From positions 6,850,122 through 6,912,902 of the forward strand of contig NW_003526943.1 in assembly GCF_000181795.1 (NCBI RefSeq): a DNA stretch of 62,781 nt, read 5' to 3'. A model generated the notes under the pieces. That model was not told the DNA's origin and ran no database searches. It was given only the letters and a program-made list of their open reading frames with translations. The DNA is from Trichinella spiralis. Taxonomy: Eukaryota. This document shows positions 27,475-39,342 of this stretch, one piece after another (within the stretch, counting starts at the first letter, position 1; each line of letters starts with the position of its first letter). The position numbers were made by a program, and so were the translations under genes.

Positions 27475-29289
27475 AATTTTAAGATGCATAAGGGTAGCAG
27501 CTTGCCAACGTTAACACGTGAGCTACTATTTATTTTTATATGTTTCTTTAGCAGCTAACCATTTACTAATAACATCCGGGAATTAGAGCAAACTGATCGT
27601 TTCATTGATATGCAATATTGGTTGTGGCTCCAATTATACTTTCTTGATGCCAACAGACGGAAGTGGATTATTCACATTTTTCGTACAAATTCTAAGGATT
27701 TTTAAAGATGTCATTTCGACTGCCTTGTGAAATGAAGAAGCTTTAACAGTTTTTCTGTTTGGTGCAAGCATAGCGTCCTTTCCGTTGGCATCTTCAAAGA
27801 AATTTACATTTTTCTACCTGACTGTATTAATACTATTCAAAACGATGTCAACCAAACAGTTGTTCCTCTCATCAAATAAATTACTTGTTTACTTACAATT
27901 TCAAATGTTATGTGCATATGGTGCGTTTCCGTTTGTAGGAAATTGTTCACGTTTGTCGTAACGGATCAGTGGATTAAGGCGATTTCAGTATAAACGGAAA
28001 ACAGACAATTGACAAATTATCCGCAGCTGCAGTTGTCAGCTAAAAGCAGATGTGGCAACTAATAAATGTTAGCATCGAAATACTTTTCTAATTTTAGCGT
28101 GCGTGACCGTTCTATTCCAATCATTCTGCTTGAAATCGAAGTTTTTTTTTCATCTTTACTAAGTTTTTCGACCAGTGTTTTTTGCGTTCTATTCTTGGCT
28201 TTATTTAAATATAAAAATGAAAATGTGCAATTTTATTTATAAATAAAGAAACATTTGTTTATCTAGTTTTACGAATTGTGCAAAACTTTTTCTCAATTTC
28301 CAAAGTAAACGGACACTGGGTTGACGGAACACTGCAGTTGCAATATTTGTATTTCAATGATAAGGAAATGTGGAACATTTAGATTAAAAATCGGCGCTTA
28401 TAAATTTACTGATTTATTGTATTTTAAAATTATTTTTCTTAACAATAGAAAGCCAACAAAAGTTGGTTTACTGTTGAAGTTTCCTCCATAAAGTTGTGCC
28501 CCAATACTCACCGCATGTGTTCTCCCAAAATATGGTCATTGCTAATTATCCTCGTTGATAGCCTTCAAGCATAAATCTGTCGCTCTGGCTTTCATTCTCA
28601 TTATTCTGCATGCTCAATAATTGAGCACTAGCTGGGGTTCACTGCCTGACAAAGACGGTGACATACTTTGAGACAGCGTTGCAGAAATTCCAGGCCATTT
28701 GCATATTCAGCTTCAGCTTGACACTGTAGTGCTCGTAAGGACTGAAACGCCAACTTTGGCGGGGTAGGGTGAAGTATCTCAGACAAGTGGTGCCTATGAA
28801 GGGGCAGTGATAAATCTGGAGAACATTGCTGCAATATAGAATTGGCCGGTATCCTGGTGTGTGAAGATATCAGTCAAATCTTGGGACTGTCTTTGCGGTC
28901 TGTAAAAATTACTCCTCTTTAGAAGCGATGCTCTATGTACTGACTCGACAAAGGCACAAATTGAAGATGCTTTTGCACAGATTGTTTTAACTATTTTTTG
29001 TGTGCGTTTGATATTTTTTGTTCAGTAATGCAGTGAGATAATGAAGAAATTTGTAAAAAAATTCAATTTTTTCTTATTTCTATTTTCGGCGTTTAACAAC
29101 TTAACTAGCTTGCGCAATTATTTTCTGTTGCTGGTTTTAGAAGTCACAAATTATCGTTTAAGTGGTTGAAGGACAAACAACATGTAACTATGCCGCCTTT
29201 AACATTCATTTATTCAAAATTTTACAATATAGTATTCCAACATCTTTTCCAACAGTATAACATTATACAAGCGAAATTAATTTACACTC

Positions 29290-29960
29290 TAGAAAAATAT
29301 GAATGGTGAACATCTGCTGGTACTATTCAGGAGTAATTTTAAAGCTGCTATCAATACTTCAGACAGAATGTTCAAATAGGACTCAAATTTTCTTCAATAC
29401 AGAATATTAAAATATGATCATATACATTACACCACGAAAGCAGTCACTTAGGCTTTGCCTTTTAGCTGACTGGAAAAATGTTCATTTGCTGACAGCAGGG
29501 GAAATCTTTTTGCCTGGCTTCTGTTCGTTAGAGCATTCACTTTTCTGTATATTGAAAACCGACTGGTAGTTTCCAAATTTGCAGATATGCTGCCGGGATA
29601 AATCTGTAGAACAAGCTTTTCTTATTCAGCTGCTTCGCGTTTAAGATTACATTTTTCAATTTTATGTAAGATATTGCTCTATGGGGTACAATTATGAACA
29701 TGAGGAGCGAATTTCAACACAGCATTCACATTTGAGTTCGTGTGCATTACACTCCTGAATCTTCTTTTTACCTACAAAAAGAACGTCAATGATTGTTCAT
29801 AATCATGCATATTTATAATTTAATAAAACATTATTTACGCCTTCGTAAACCCATTGTTTATCTTCAAAATTTGTGTGCTTCAGCTGGTAAACTCTTCCTT
29901 CATATATTAAATTATAGTTGTTTCGAGCATTTAAAATCAAACGGCAGCTAATAGTCTACC
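29290..29960 (-). mobile_element. Degraded FLYWCH/MULE transposase pseudogene with an intron
   Basis: NLIYEGRVYQLKHTNFEDKQWV, intron, then VKRRFRSVMHTNSNVNAVLKFAPHVHNCTP*...LKREAAE*...RSQAKRFP. Multiple stops. Confidence 0.7.
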
Positions 29961-30595
29961 ATAAGATAGTAGATGAGAAGAATCAAAGCAAGAAGTCAAG
30001 CCCAGAAAATGAAAATGTGGTAAAATGAAGAAAGCTTCACTTTCATCTTCAGAAAACAAACAGCTTTACCGGATGTTAGAACGCAACTGTTCTATTGAAG
30101 TTTGATTGATGACTGTTTCCAAATAACCGTTTCAGTCAACAGAATTGCAAAGTGAAAGCAACTAGCATTTTTAAATTTGAAGCTTAATAGCAAAATTTTC
30201 TTATTGTTACAATTTTGCGTATAATTTATAATAATGTTGCATCTGCTGGTCAAGCATGAGAAATTTCATTTTGCTTTGCATCGTTGCAATCGTTGCTTTT
30301 GAAATAAAAAGTTTTCAACTTCTCTGTCATTGGATAACACTTCAAAAAGTAACAATTTAACAGTTGCAATATTTATCATGTGCTGTTGCTAAGCAAATGA
30401 TGATTTTAATAGAAAGATAAAATTCACAACTGCCAATTTCTCCAAAACAGCAGTTGTTGAACTGACACTAGGAATGATTAGTATTAAAGAAAGCTAAATA
30501 CTTTCCTTATTTTAACAAGTGCTACATTACATAGTAAAAATTCTTTTTTGTTTTCAATCAAAACATTTTACATTGTTTTTAATGAAAAAAATACT

Positions 30596-31735
30596 TGAAT
30601 AGGGATAGTCCAGACCGGTCCAACGTTACTCTTATTGGTCGTTGACCGCGCTATTTTATTGGGCCGCCTGGTCGTTGTCTTATTGGTTTTCCTTGTCTAA
30701 TTGCTCATTGATTCAAATCTTTCCATTGTGATTAGCTGTAATATTTTTTCATTTCATTGGTTCAAATATTCCATTAAGGGTTACGCAACTTTAATAGTAG
30801 TGACGTTACATTAATAATGGAGATATTTATTATTCAAAATTTTTATTGTTTGAAGTTTAGTCATTGAAATTCTGTTTATTTAAATATATTGTTTGTGGTG
30901 AAGTTCATACTTTTTCATGATCAGCATCCCGAAAATAATTTTTATCATTGTTCTCTATTTTATTGTATTAAAGTGACGTTATACCAAATGCGATAGCAAC
31001 AATTCAGAAAAAGCAATACAAAAAAGAAGTTAAATAGTGATTTTTATTTTTCACTAGCCAACAGCAGCAGCAACAACAACAAGAACAACAATAAAAAACA
31101 ACAGTGAACAGCATTAACAAAGCGGAAACAACGAAAAAGCAAGAAACTAAATAACAGAATACAGTGCAATACAATAAATATATAATACAATACAATACAA
31201 TACAATACAATGGATGGTAAACAGTTGTTGATACCATTGTGGTACAAGCTTGAAAGTACCATCCATGCTCCAGGTTCGCATGGCTGCCAGCATTCTAATG
31301 TTGGAACCCGTAGCAAATACCAGTATATGCCTCGATGCACACCGCCACAATAAAAAATCTTCTCCGGCCTTTGTTGTCCTGAACGGGACAGGGATTTGCA
31401 CCGCAGCCTTTTTTATTCTGTACCAAAATAACTTAATAACTTAATAAATTAATATATTAACCCTTAATAAATAACTAAGGAAACACACTACATTTAACAC
31501 ATAGATTCGAGCATCTCCAATATTTCTGTTTGCCGGCACGTTTTAATTTATATGCCCTGCCTTCATAAACAAGGGATATACCACCGCAGCAATTTGGTAC
31601 AAGATGTAAGTCAGGGACATCAGCCATAACAAGGAACAGAGCAGAAAACGATTTGAACTACTCAGGAACGCAAAGCACTGAACAAAAACGCAACACCAAA
31701 CGAAAATGAATTGGACGGTTTTGAATTTCATTTTA
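30596..31735 (-). mobile_element. Internally deleted MULE DNA transposon
   Basis: MADVPDLHLVPNCCGGISLVYEGRAYKLKRAGKQKYWRCS (FLYWCH, ~31626-31505) and TKAGEDFLLW..ILVFATGSNIRMLAAMRTWSMDGTFKLVPQWYQQLFTIH (31401-31210). The ends show only weak inverted similarity, so the boundaries are approximate. Confidence 0.8.
31165..31211. repeat. (CAATA)n simple repeat
   Basis: Visible directly; lies where the transposase sequence breaks off. Confidence 0.75.
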
Positions 31736-31988
31736 AATAATAACCATTTTGCAACAACATTTAGTTTTCATTTTTCATTTTATCTACAATCGAAGATCAA
31801 CTTGTGATATTCGTTTGTGGCACTAATGCCTTTTTGTTGATGTTGACAGAACATTATTAATCACAGACGAATGGCGCACAAATGCCAACATCACAAATGC
31901 GCTGTCCACTGCAGTGAGTGAATTTTGAAGCAACTTTTACCTGCAATTTCTGCTTGGTTGCTGGTCAACCCTTTCATTTCTCCTTTTC

Positions 31989-32189
31989 NNNNNNNNNNNN
32001 NNNNNNNNNNNNNNNNNNNNNNNNNNNNNNNNNNNNNNNNNNNNNNNNNNNNNNNNNNNNNNNNNNNNNNNNNNNNNNNNNNNNNNNNNNNNNNNNNNNN
32101 NNNNNNNNNNNNNNNNNNNNNNNNNNNNNNNNNNNNNNNNNNNNNNNNNNNNNNNNNNNNNNNNNNNNNNNNNNNNNNNNNNNNNNNNN
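31989..32189. other. Assembly gap (201 N)
   Basis: Run of N. Confidence 1.
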
Positions 32190-32685
32190 TATTTCTGATG
32201 TTGAAAGGGAAACTTTACCTTAGCATTGGTTTGAAGCTTCAAAATTTCTGTTTTAAAATCTTGAAGGTTAACACCAACAGGTTCTGTTAAAGGCAGCGGA
32301 TCATTTTTGTCACTGAGCAAAATTTGTTTTACAGAAGTCGGGTTCAAGAATACTTTGTGTGTTTTATCCAGAACTGCCAAATTATATTTGAAATTTTCAT
32401 CAATTCCATTTTCCAAACCTAATATTCCTTTGTAAAATTCAGCTAGAACTTTCAAAGTAGCCAATTCAGGTGTGGGTTTGTCAATTGATGACCGTTTTAC
32501 CTTTATTATAAAAATGGAAATAAAATAACTAAAAAATAAAAATATTAACAATTTCTTACGTTGCCCATCAATACTGGATCTTCCAAATGTAGCTGTGTTC
32601 CCCTTGATGTACCATTATGAGCAATTGTTGTTCTAATGGATACAGTCACTTTTTTTTGCTTTCGAACATTGCAGTTGTAAGCCAT
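32190..32685 (-). CDS. Orphan protein X, copy A (3' part lost in the gap)
   Basis: ATG at 32685. Exon 1 MAYNCNVRKQKK...DPVLMGN splices to VKRSSIDKPTPELATLK..., and exon 2 runs into the gap. Confidence 0.65.
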
Positions 32686-34977
32686 TGGCTGTTTTCAACA
32701 AATTCGAATGGCGGAAAATGTGCAATTTATTAAACCATTCATTGACTAAAACATTTTTGGTCACACTTTAAATACTTTAAACAAAACATATTTTTTAATG
32801 TTACTTTAATATTCTATTTAAAATTGAAGTTTTAAATATGGTTCTGTTTCACAATTATGGTTTTAATATACGTAATTTGAATGTTAAATTGAATTTTTAT
32901 AATTTGAATTATTGTTAATTCTGTGTAACAAAAGATTCATAAATAGCATTGATTATTTTAGGTAATGAATAGATCCAAAGTAAAAATCATAAATTACACT
33001 TGTCTATAAAACTTTCAAACAGCGCCCTTTTTTGAACAATTGTAAAGAATTGTCTTTTTGTTAAAAAAACTGATATTCTATTATTGTAAAACAGTATATG
33101 TAGACATGAAATTGTTTATCTAATATTCAGAAATATATACTTGTATTTTTCTAAAGCGTTTGCTATATTGATGGTGAATTTGTAGCACACATATAAAATA
33201 CTTTAAACAGATTTGAGTTGCTGACCAAAAAAGCTGACGGTTGATTTCTCAGATCTCTAATAAGAAATTTATGGTAACATGCAATAAACCAGCAGATAAT
33301 ATATAGCACGATATTCCTAATTACTTTCATGTTTCAATACGCAAAATGTTTTCTTTAAAATTTTCATATCTTTCATAATACTTTTAATTTTTAAATATCA
33401 TAAAAAAGTATTCCAGATGACATTTTCTGGGTTTACAATCACGGAAAACTTCTAGCATTTTCTTCTTTTTATAATTCATTTGTTTTCCATTTTGTTTCCA
33501 TAATAATCAATATTTAAGAAATAGCTACATACTTTACTGTATTTCATTGTGGAAATGTATAATGCGACGGTAAAAGATCAGCCTGACAAAGCGGAATATG
33601 AAAAGTACAAAAGTATGATAGCAATCAACTTCCTTTAATCAACATCTTTTTTTATCCTTCTAGAATCCGGCTATTGACTATCTTCATTAAGCTGAAAAAG
33701 CCTTTTGATCAGCTGTAGCACTTCATATCCCTAAACGGTTTCGAAACTGAGAACTGACGAAACATTTGTGGGTGAATTTTCTGTTGTTCACCAAAGCGAA
33801 AATAAGGATTAATAAAAATAATGATACGTGATATATTATGCAACTACTTTTGAACACTTGCAGTGTTTCTTGTCTTTGGCTTCCCACTCAAATTTGTTTG
33901 AAGCGCACATGAACTGCAAACTGCTAAAGAAATGGTCAGTTATTTGAGTATTAATGAAAATCACATCTACTTTAATTACTGAATCAATGAAATTCTGACA
34001 TTAAAATAACAGACATCATTTTAGTTGACCTGCAATTATAAAAGAGTACATTTTTTTAATTATGGTAAATAAAAAGTACGAATATGATGAGAAAAGATTT
34101 ATTAAATGCATATGTTAATTACACAATGAAATTATACACGAACACGATTTTCATATAAATTTTGTTTAAATGAATAATTGATCCCTAATTGCTACTCGCC
34201 GTCTCTTCTTTTAAAATGAAGCTTCAAAATTAAACATTTTCCATTAATCATATAACCGATTGCTTAATTGACATTCATAGCTCGTGAATTAAAATTCATT
34301 ATGTTGAAAAGTCATTAATCAAATGGTTTTTAATATACACTGTAATTTTAATGAAATGAAATTTATTGATGCAATTTGATTATCCATTTATTTCACATTT
34401 TTCAATGTTTCAGTCCAGCACGCCCATTTTTTCAAAATTCGCGAAATGCTTCAAAAAGAAATATCAGTAAGCCACGGACCATAAAAATAAATAATGGCGG
34501 AATAATATGATTATAAAGCAACGGGGGCTAACATTGATCTGAACAATACAACGGAGGGTTAATTTATATGAGTGGTGTGTATTTATGGTCTAATTATTTG
34601 CCTTTTTATTTAGCGAAAGATCAAAATTATTTTTAGATGTGGTGTCAAATCTGCCACAGATCTGAAGTAATAAAGTAATGCCATAACACATAATGTTGAT
34701 ATATCATCCAGTTTAATTGGGCATATAAAATAAATAAAAAGTATTTGTATTGCTATACAAGAACATTTAGATCAAAAAGTCAATGAAAGTTTTCAAAGTT
34801 GTTATGCATTAATAAGCACAAATTAAGAATTTTGTAAGTTGTTTCAAATTAAAATTCCTTGCAATTAAGAATTTTCAAATATGCCGTAATCAAATATGCT
34901 TATACACCTATTATATAATCTGCGGCATTTATATTGAAATGTATCACCATCATTCTTTGAAGGCTCGTTTATTAAAG

Positions 34978-37900
34978 ATGCAGAAATGTTACTTCAACAC
35001 ATCTTATCTTTTGTTCTGTGCTTTTTGCAGTTTGTTGCAAGTATTTAAAGAAAAGCTGTGAAATGATTTTCTCAAAAATTCTGCTTTTAGGTATCATATA
35101 GTTCAGAAATGAAAATTTATGTTCCAATGATAGATAAAATTTGTTTATTGCAAGAAATAGGAATTCGAGAAGAAATTCTGAACAGCATGGAACTATTTAT
35201 GTCTGCTGCTTCTTTCAAATATTGTATTGCATATAGCTACTCTGATTTCAGTCGTTACAACTACTGCATATTTGCCTATAATGAAAAAACAAGGTCTTGC
35301 TCACCGCTGTATGACCTTCCAGAAGAAAACATCATTGACAACAACAGTGAGCAGTTGTACGATTTGCAGTTTTATAAAGTATCAAATTGCTTGCCAGGTA
35401 GGTTGCAAAGTTTAGTGCTAAATAGTTATCTGTTTTACCTCAATATACACATAAAAACTTTTACGTAATATTTTCATGTAGCTGAGGGCTTCATGTACTC
35501 TTTTGAAGAAGAGGTTGAACAAAATGTCAGCAAAATTAATGCAGTTAAATTGAAAGCGACGGCAGAAATTTGCATTGTTGAAAGGCATCCTTTCAGTGAA
35601 AACTTTTTGCTGAAACGCACCGGGATGTTTTTTCTAGAAAGTTTAGAGCTGTGCCTTGCACAATGCAGGGTACTATCAGTGCGTGGCAAGTGCCATGCAG
35701 TGTTGTTTTCTGGTGAAGATGGAGTTTGCCTTCTATTACGACAAAATCAGCCACTGCAGAGTAGAGATGTAATGAGGAAAAGCGCATCACAATTTTTTAC
35801 AATGAATTACTGTTATTACAGTGAGTTTGAAAAACCGTTTTGATTAAAAACAAATACGAAATTTTATAATACATAAAAGATTTATAGAATTTATTTTTCT
35901 TTCATTAAAATTTGTTTATGATTTAATTTCAAAAATATCGTTACAATTAAAATGTGCGTATTTCTGGATTTAACAGACATTTTAGCGTATGATTAAATAT
36001 GCATTAATTTTGAAACATCGATAGATGAGATTAAGATTTATTCTGTAATGCAAATATTTGAAATTCATTGCATAATTAAAATTATTTTGAATTCTACATT
36101 TAGATTGCATTTGGCAATGATTTTAACAAGGTTTCATGTGCTGTTCCTCTGTTTGTTTATGTTAAGGGAATGTTTTTGAAAGGAATAAAAGTTCACCACC
36201 ATTCATAATATGCTTTCAGATATGACGGAAAGCTCACAAAGAAGAGATTACAATGGTAGAGTAAAAAAAATAAATTCACGTATTGGATCAATGCGATTTC
36301 AATGCACAGTTCATGAAATTCCTTTGCTCAGAAAGCACATGAAACAACTGTGCCTATTATGGAAGTCGAAGACTCTCCAACATTGCATTAAATTCTGCGC
36401 TCGGCAGTATAGGGCAAATTTATGCAATGCTGTTTATTTCGAAGCAGAAGAAAAAACTTGTTTGCATCTATTGCTTAACGCTAGTCAAGCACTTCATGAA
36501 TATACAAAAAGCAAAAAAGAAACGATTCATTTCATAGAGAAATGTGTTGAAGGTATCAAGTATTTAAATAAACATATTTACAAATTGTGCATTCCACTTT
36601 TTATTTATTACATTATTGCATAAAACGCTTAATTAAAATAGCATATATGGAATTGATTTATAAATGTTTGTCACCTCTTGCGGAAGTCTAATTTATTCTA
36701 ATAATTCCACATATTTCGTATCACATGCTATAAATGATAGAATATTTGCAATAAATATGAAATTTATTCCAGTAACCGAACGACAGGAATATCAGCAGGA
36801 ATCTGCCATTAATCGCATTCAATCAGATGTGACAAGCACATCTTCTCCATCAAGACCAAGAAGCAGTAGAACACATAATGCCCGTGGTAAATTCATTTTT
36901 GCATGTAATAATATCATTAATTCTTGCAGATTACGTTTAATCTGTTTTTTCTTTTTGTAGAGCAACAGCCAGATTTTTTTTACTACGTGGCATCTGAAAA
37001 TGTTCAAGAACGATTTGCAAAACTTTATGAATTTTTTGAAATTTGTGAAGTTCATCTGTTAAACATCAGCATAATTCGGAACGCTTTTGCATATCGAATT
37101 CCACGAAAAATTTATTCAATGAACAGATGCCTACACATATGCAGACGGCATACTTCATGTATGGCAGTACTGTTCTCAGAACTACATCATCAATGCAAAA
37201 AAATATTCAAAGGGCGAAGCGGCAATTTAATATTGGTTCACACTCATGAATTGGTTTTTGCACTGAAAGGATGTTTCAAAGGTAAAAATTTTATTCTGAA
37301 CAACTTTTAACATATTAAAACTTTGTTGTACATATTTTCTATTCTTCAACACAGAATTGTCAATTTTTCTCTTTTTAATTAATAGTATCATAAGTCGCTT
37401 CATTATAGGAAGGGCAGTTGCATTAATTGATGAACAACATTAGGAACTAGCAATCAAATGAATAATGAGTTAATTAAGTGTTTTCATTAAATGTTTTTAA
37501 ACCTACTTTCATACAGTTTATTAGTCCAATAATAGCAATATTAAATAAATAAAAAACATCTTTTGTTTAATTTTGAAAATATCCAATGACCCACTTTGTA
37601 GAGCAAAATAATTAAAGATTTGTGTGTGAAGTACTTTATATTTGTAAAAAAAAACTTCGTGGATCAAAAAGCAAATCATATCTGTGTACCGACATTCAAT
37701 TATTGTATAAATTTCAGTTTTGAGAAATGCAGATACATTGTTCATTCTTCACAGTATATTTTTATGAAATACGCTTATGATTCTGTTTAACAGATCGCCC
37801 TGATGAGCGAAAATTCAATGCTGGCCCACTGTTTTATTATTTTAAAGAAACTCAAGAAATTTGTGCAGTCGAAATTTACAAGCAAAAAAATTTAACATCC

Positions 37901-38128
37901 TGGAAAGTAATGACGATCAAAAAAGATGTCGGCAATTTTCAAGTTTGCCTATTAAAATGCATTATAACTAATCAATGCAGTGCGATCAATTATTTTCTTA
38001 CAAAAGAATGCTATTTAATAAAGCCAGCAAAGGAAAATTTCAATTTCGTTGTCAAGGATAATTCTATTTTTGCTGAGGTACTGTACTGTGAATCAGGAAC
38101 TTTGGTTGATGTAATTCGACAAAAATAA
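34978..38128 (+). CDS. Secreted protein with ~5 PAN/Apple-like modules, copy A (~603 aa)
   Basis: Exons 34978-35040, 35091-35397, 35482-35820, 36220-36552, 36773-36886, 36961-37281 and 37794-38128 sum to 1812 nt in frame. Signal-like N-terminus; repeated C-x3-C...C-x-A-V-x-F...C-x-L pattern. Confidence 0.82.
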
Positions 38129-38735
38129 TTTTGTTTTGATTTTTCCATTATATTTATGCAAATAAACAGTGCATTCATGTCTACTGATGCTTTTCCTTAT
38201 TTAATTTTATTATTTCATAAATATAAATATGAGATGCATATGCGGGTATGCAACAATAGGCTATCATGGAGTACATGATATGAATATTTTCTTGGCAGGT
38301 ATTTGCTGCAATATTTTTTGTTAATAATTTTATTGTTTTTTATTAAATAAATTATGAACCCGCTTCGTAACGCAGGTTCTGATAACAAGAGTTCACCTAC
38401 ATATTAAAATTGAGGTTTCTATTCATAAAAAGCTGAATCATGTAAATTCATGGAAATATACGATGAAATATGAAATGGCAAACAATGATAATTCATGGAA
38501 AATTACAGAATTTTTGCAGCAAACGCTAGAAAGCAAAAAATACACTGCTATATCATACTGCAAAATTAAATAAACATTCCGCTTTCTTTGTTCACGTTTC
38601 AATTGTCAACATGACTGAGAATAACTAATGCAGAATTATTGGCATTGATTTTCCAGAATTCTTATTACATGAGTTATAAAATAAAAGAAATAAATTTCAA
38701 ATCAATTCAGCACTTAAAAATGCCAAGCAAAAGCA

Positions 38736-38807
38736 TAGCAGAGCGTGGTTTCGATCCACGGACCTCTGGGTTATTTGACCAGCACGGTTTCCCTGGGCCA
38801 CTCTGCT
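38736..38807 (-). pseudogene. Initiator tRNA-Met pseudogene (anticodon CAT>AAT)
   Basis: AGCAGAGTGGCCCAGGGAAACCGTGCTGGTCAAATAACCCAGAGGTCCGTGGATCGAAACCACGCTCTGCTA. Has the iMet A1-U72 pair and GATCGAAA T-loop; D-stem and anticodon arm are mutated. Confidence 0.85.
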
Positions 38808-39342
38808 GTTTCACTTTATTTTCATGTATTTATTTTAAAAGAAATATAAATTATGACGTTGTACCTGAAAACATTGCTGAAACAACTCTGCAATCTTGCA
38901 GAAAATTTGCATTATCAAATCTAATTATTATTTCTTTGTATGATGAGAAATTCAATATCTTTATTACTTTATATGCATATTTCAGCATTTGTCTTCTTTT
39001 TATTTATTAGAAAAACTTTTTTCATAGATGTATTTCATTGGTGAACAATTATGAGATTAATCTATTCACTTTTTAACACCATAAATTTTGAAAAACAATT
39101 CACATTTGACAGTTATGAAAAACAAGTTCTTAAAACACTGCTCCTCAAGTGAGTGTATTTCAAATATAGCACTCTTTAATGTTATCGAAAAATTACCTGA
39201 ATTGATTTGATTGATAAACTGAATAATTTTTTATTTGCAGTGCAAAACATTACTGCCAATTAAACAATATAATTTATTTTATTTTATTAAATACATGTAT
39301 TACAAGACATCCCTCCCACAAGAAGTCACCTGAAAAAATCTT

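Larger units (their letters stand above)
25420..27600. repeat. Diverged tandem array of four ~460-640 bp units
   Basis: The core gtcggtgc...ggtatcaga...gccgtatctgtacc recurs near 25667, 26309, 26768 and 27400. The flank gcattttattcaggttt recurs near 25456, 26571 and 27152. Confidence 0.9.

Noticed and set aside
31918..32290. ORFs spanning the N run
   Set aside because: Artefacts of translating through the gap.
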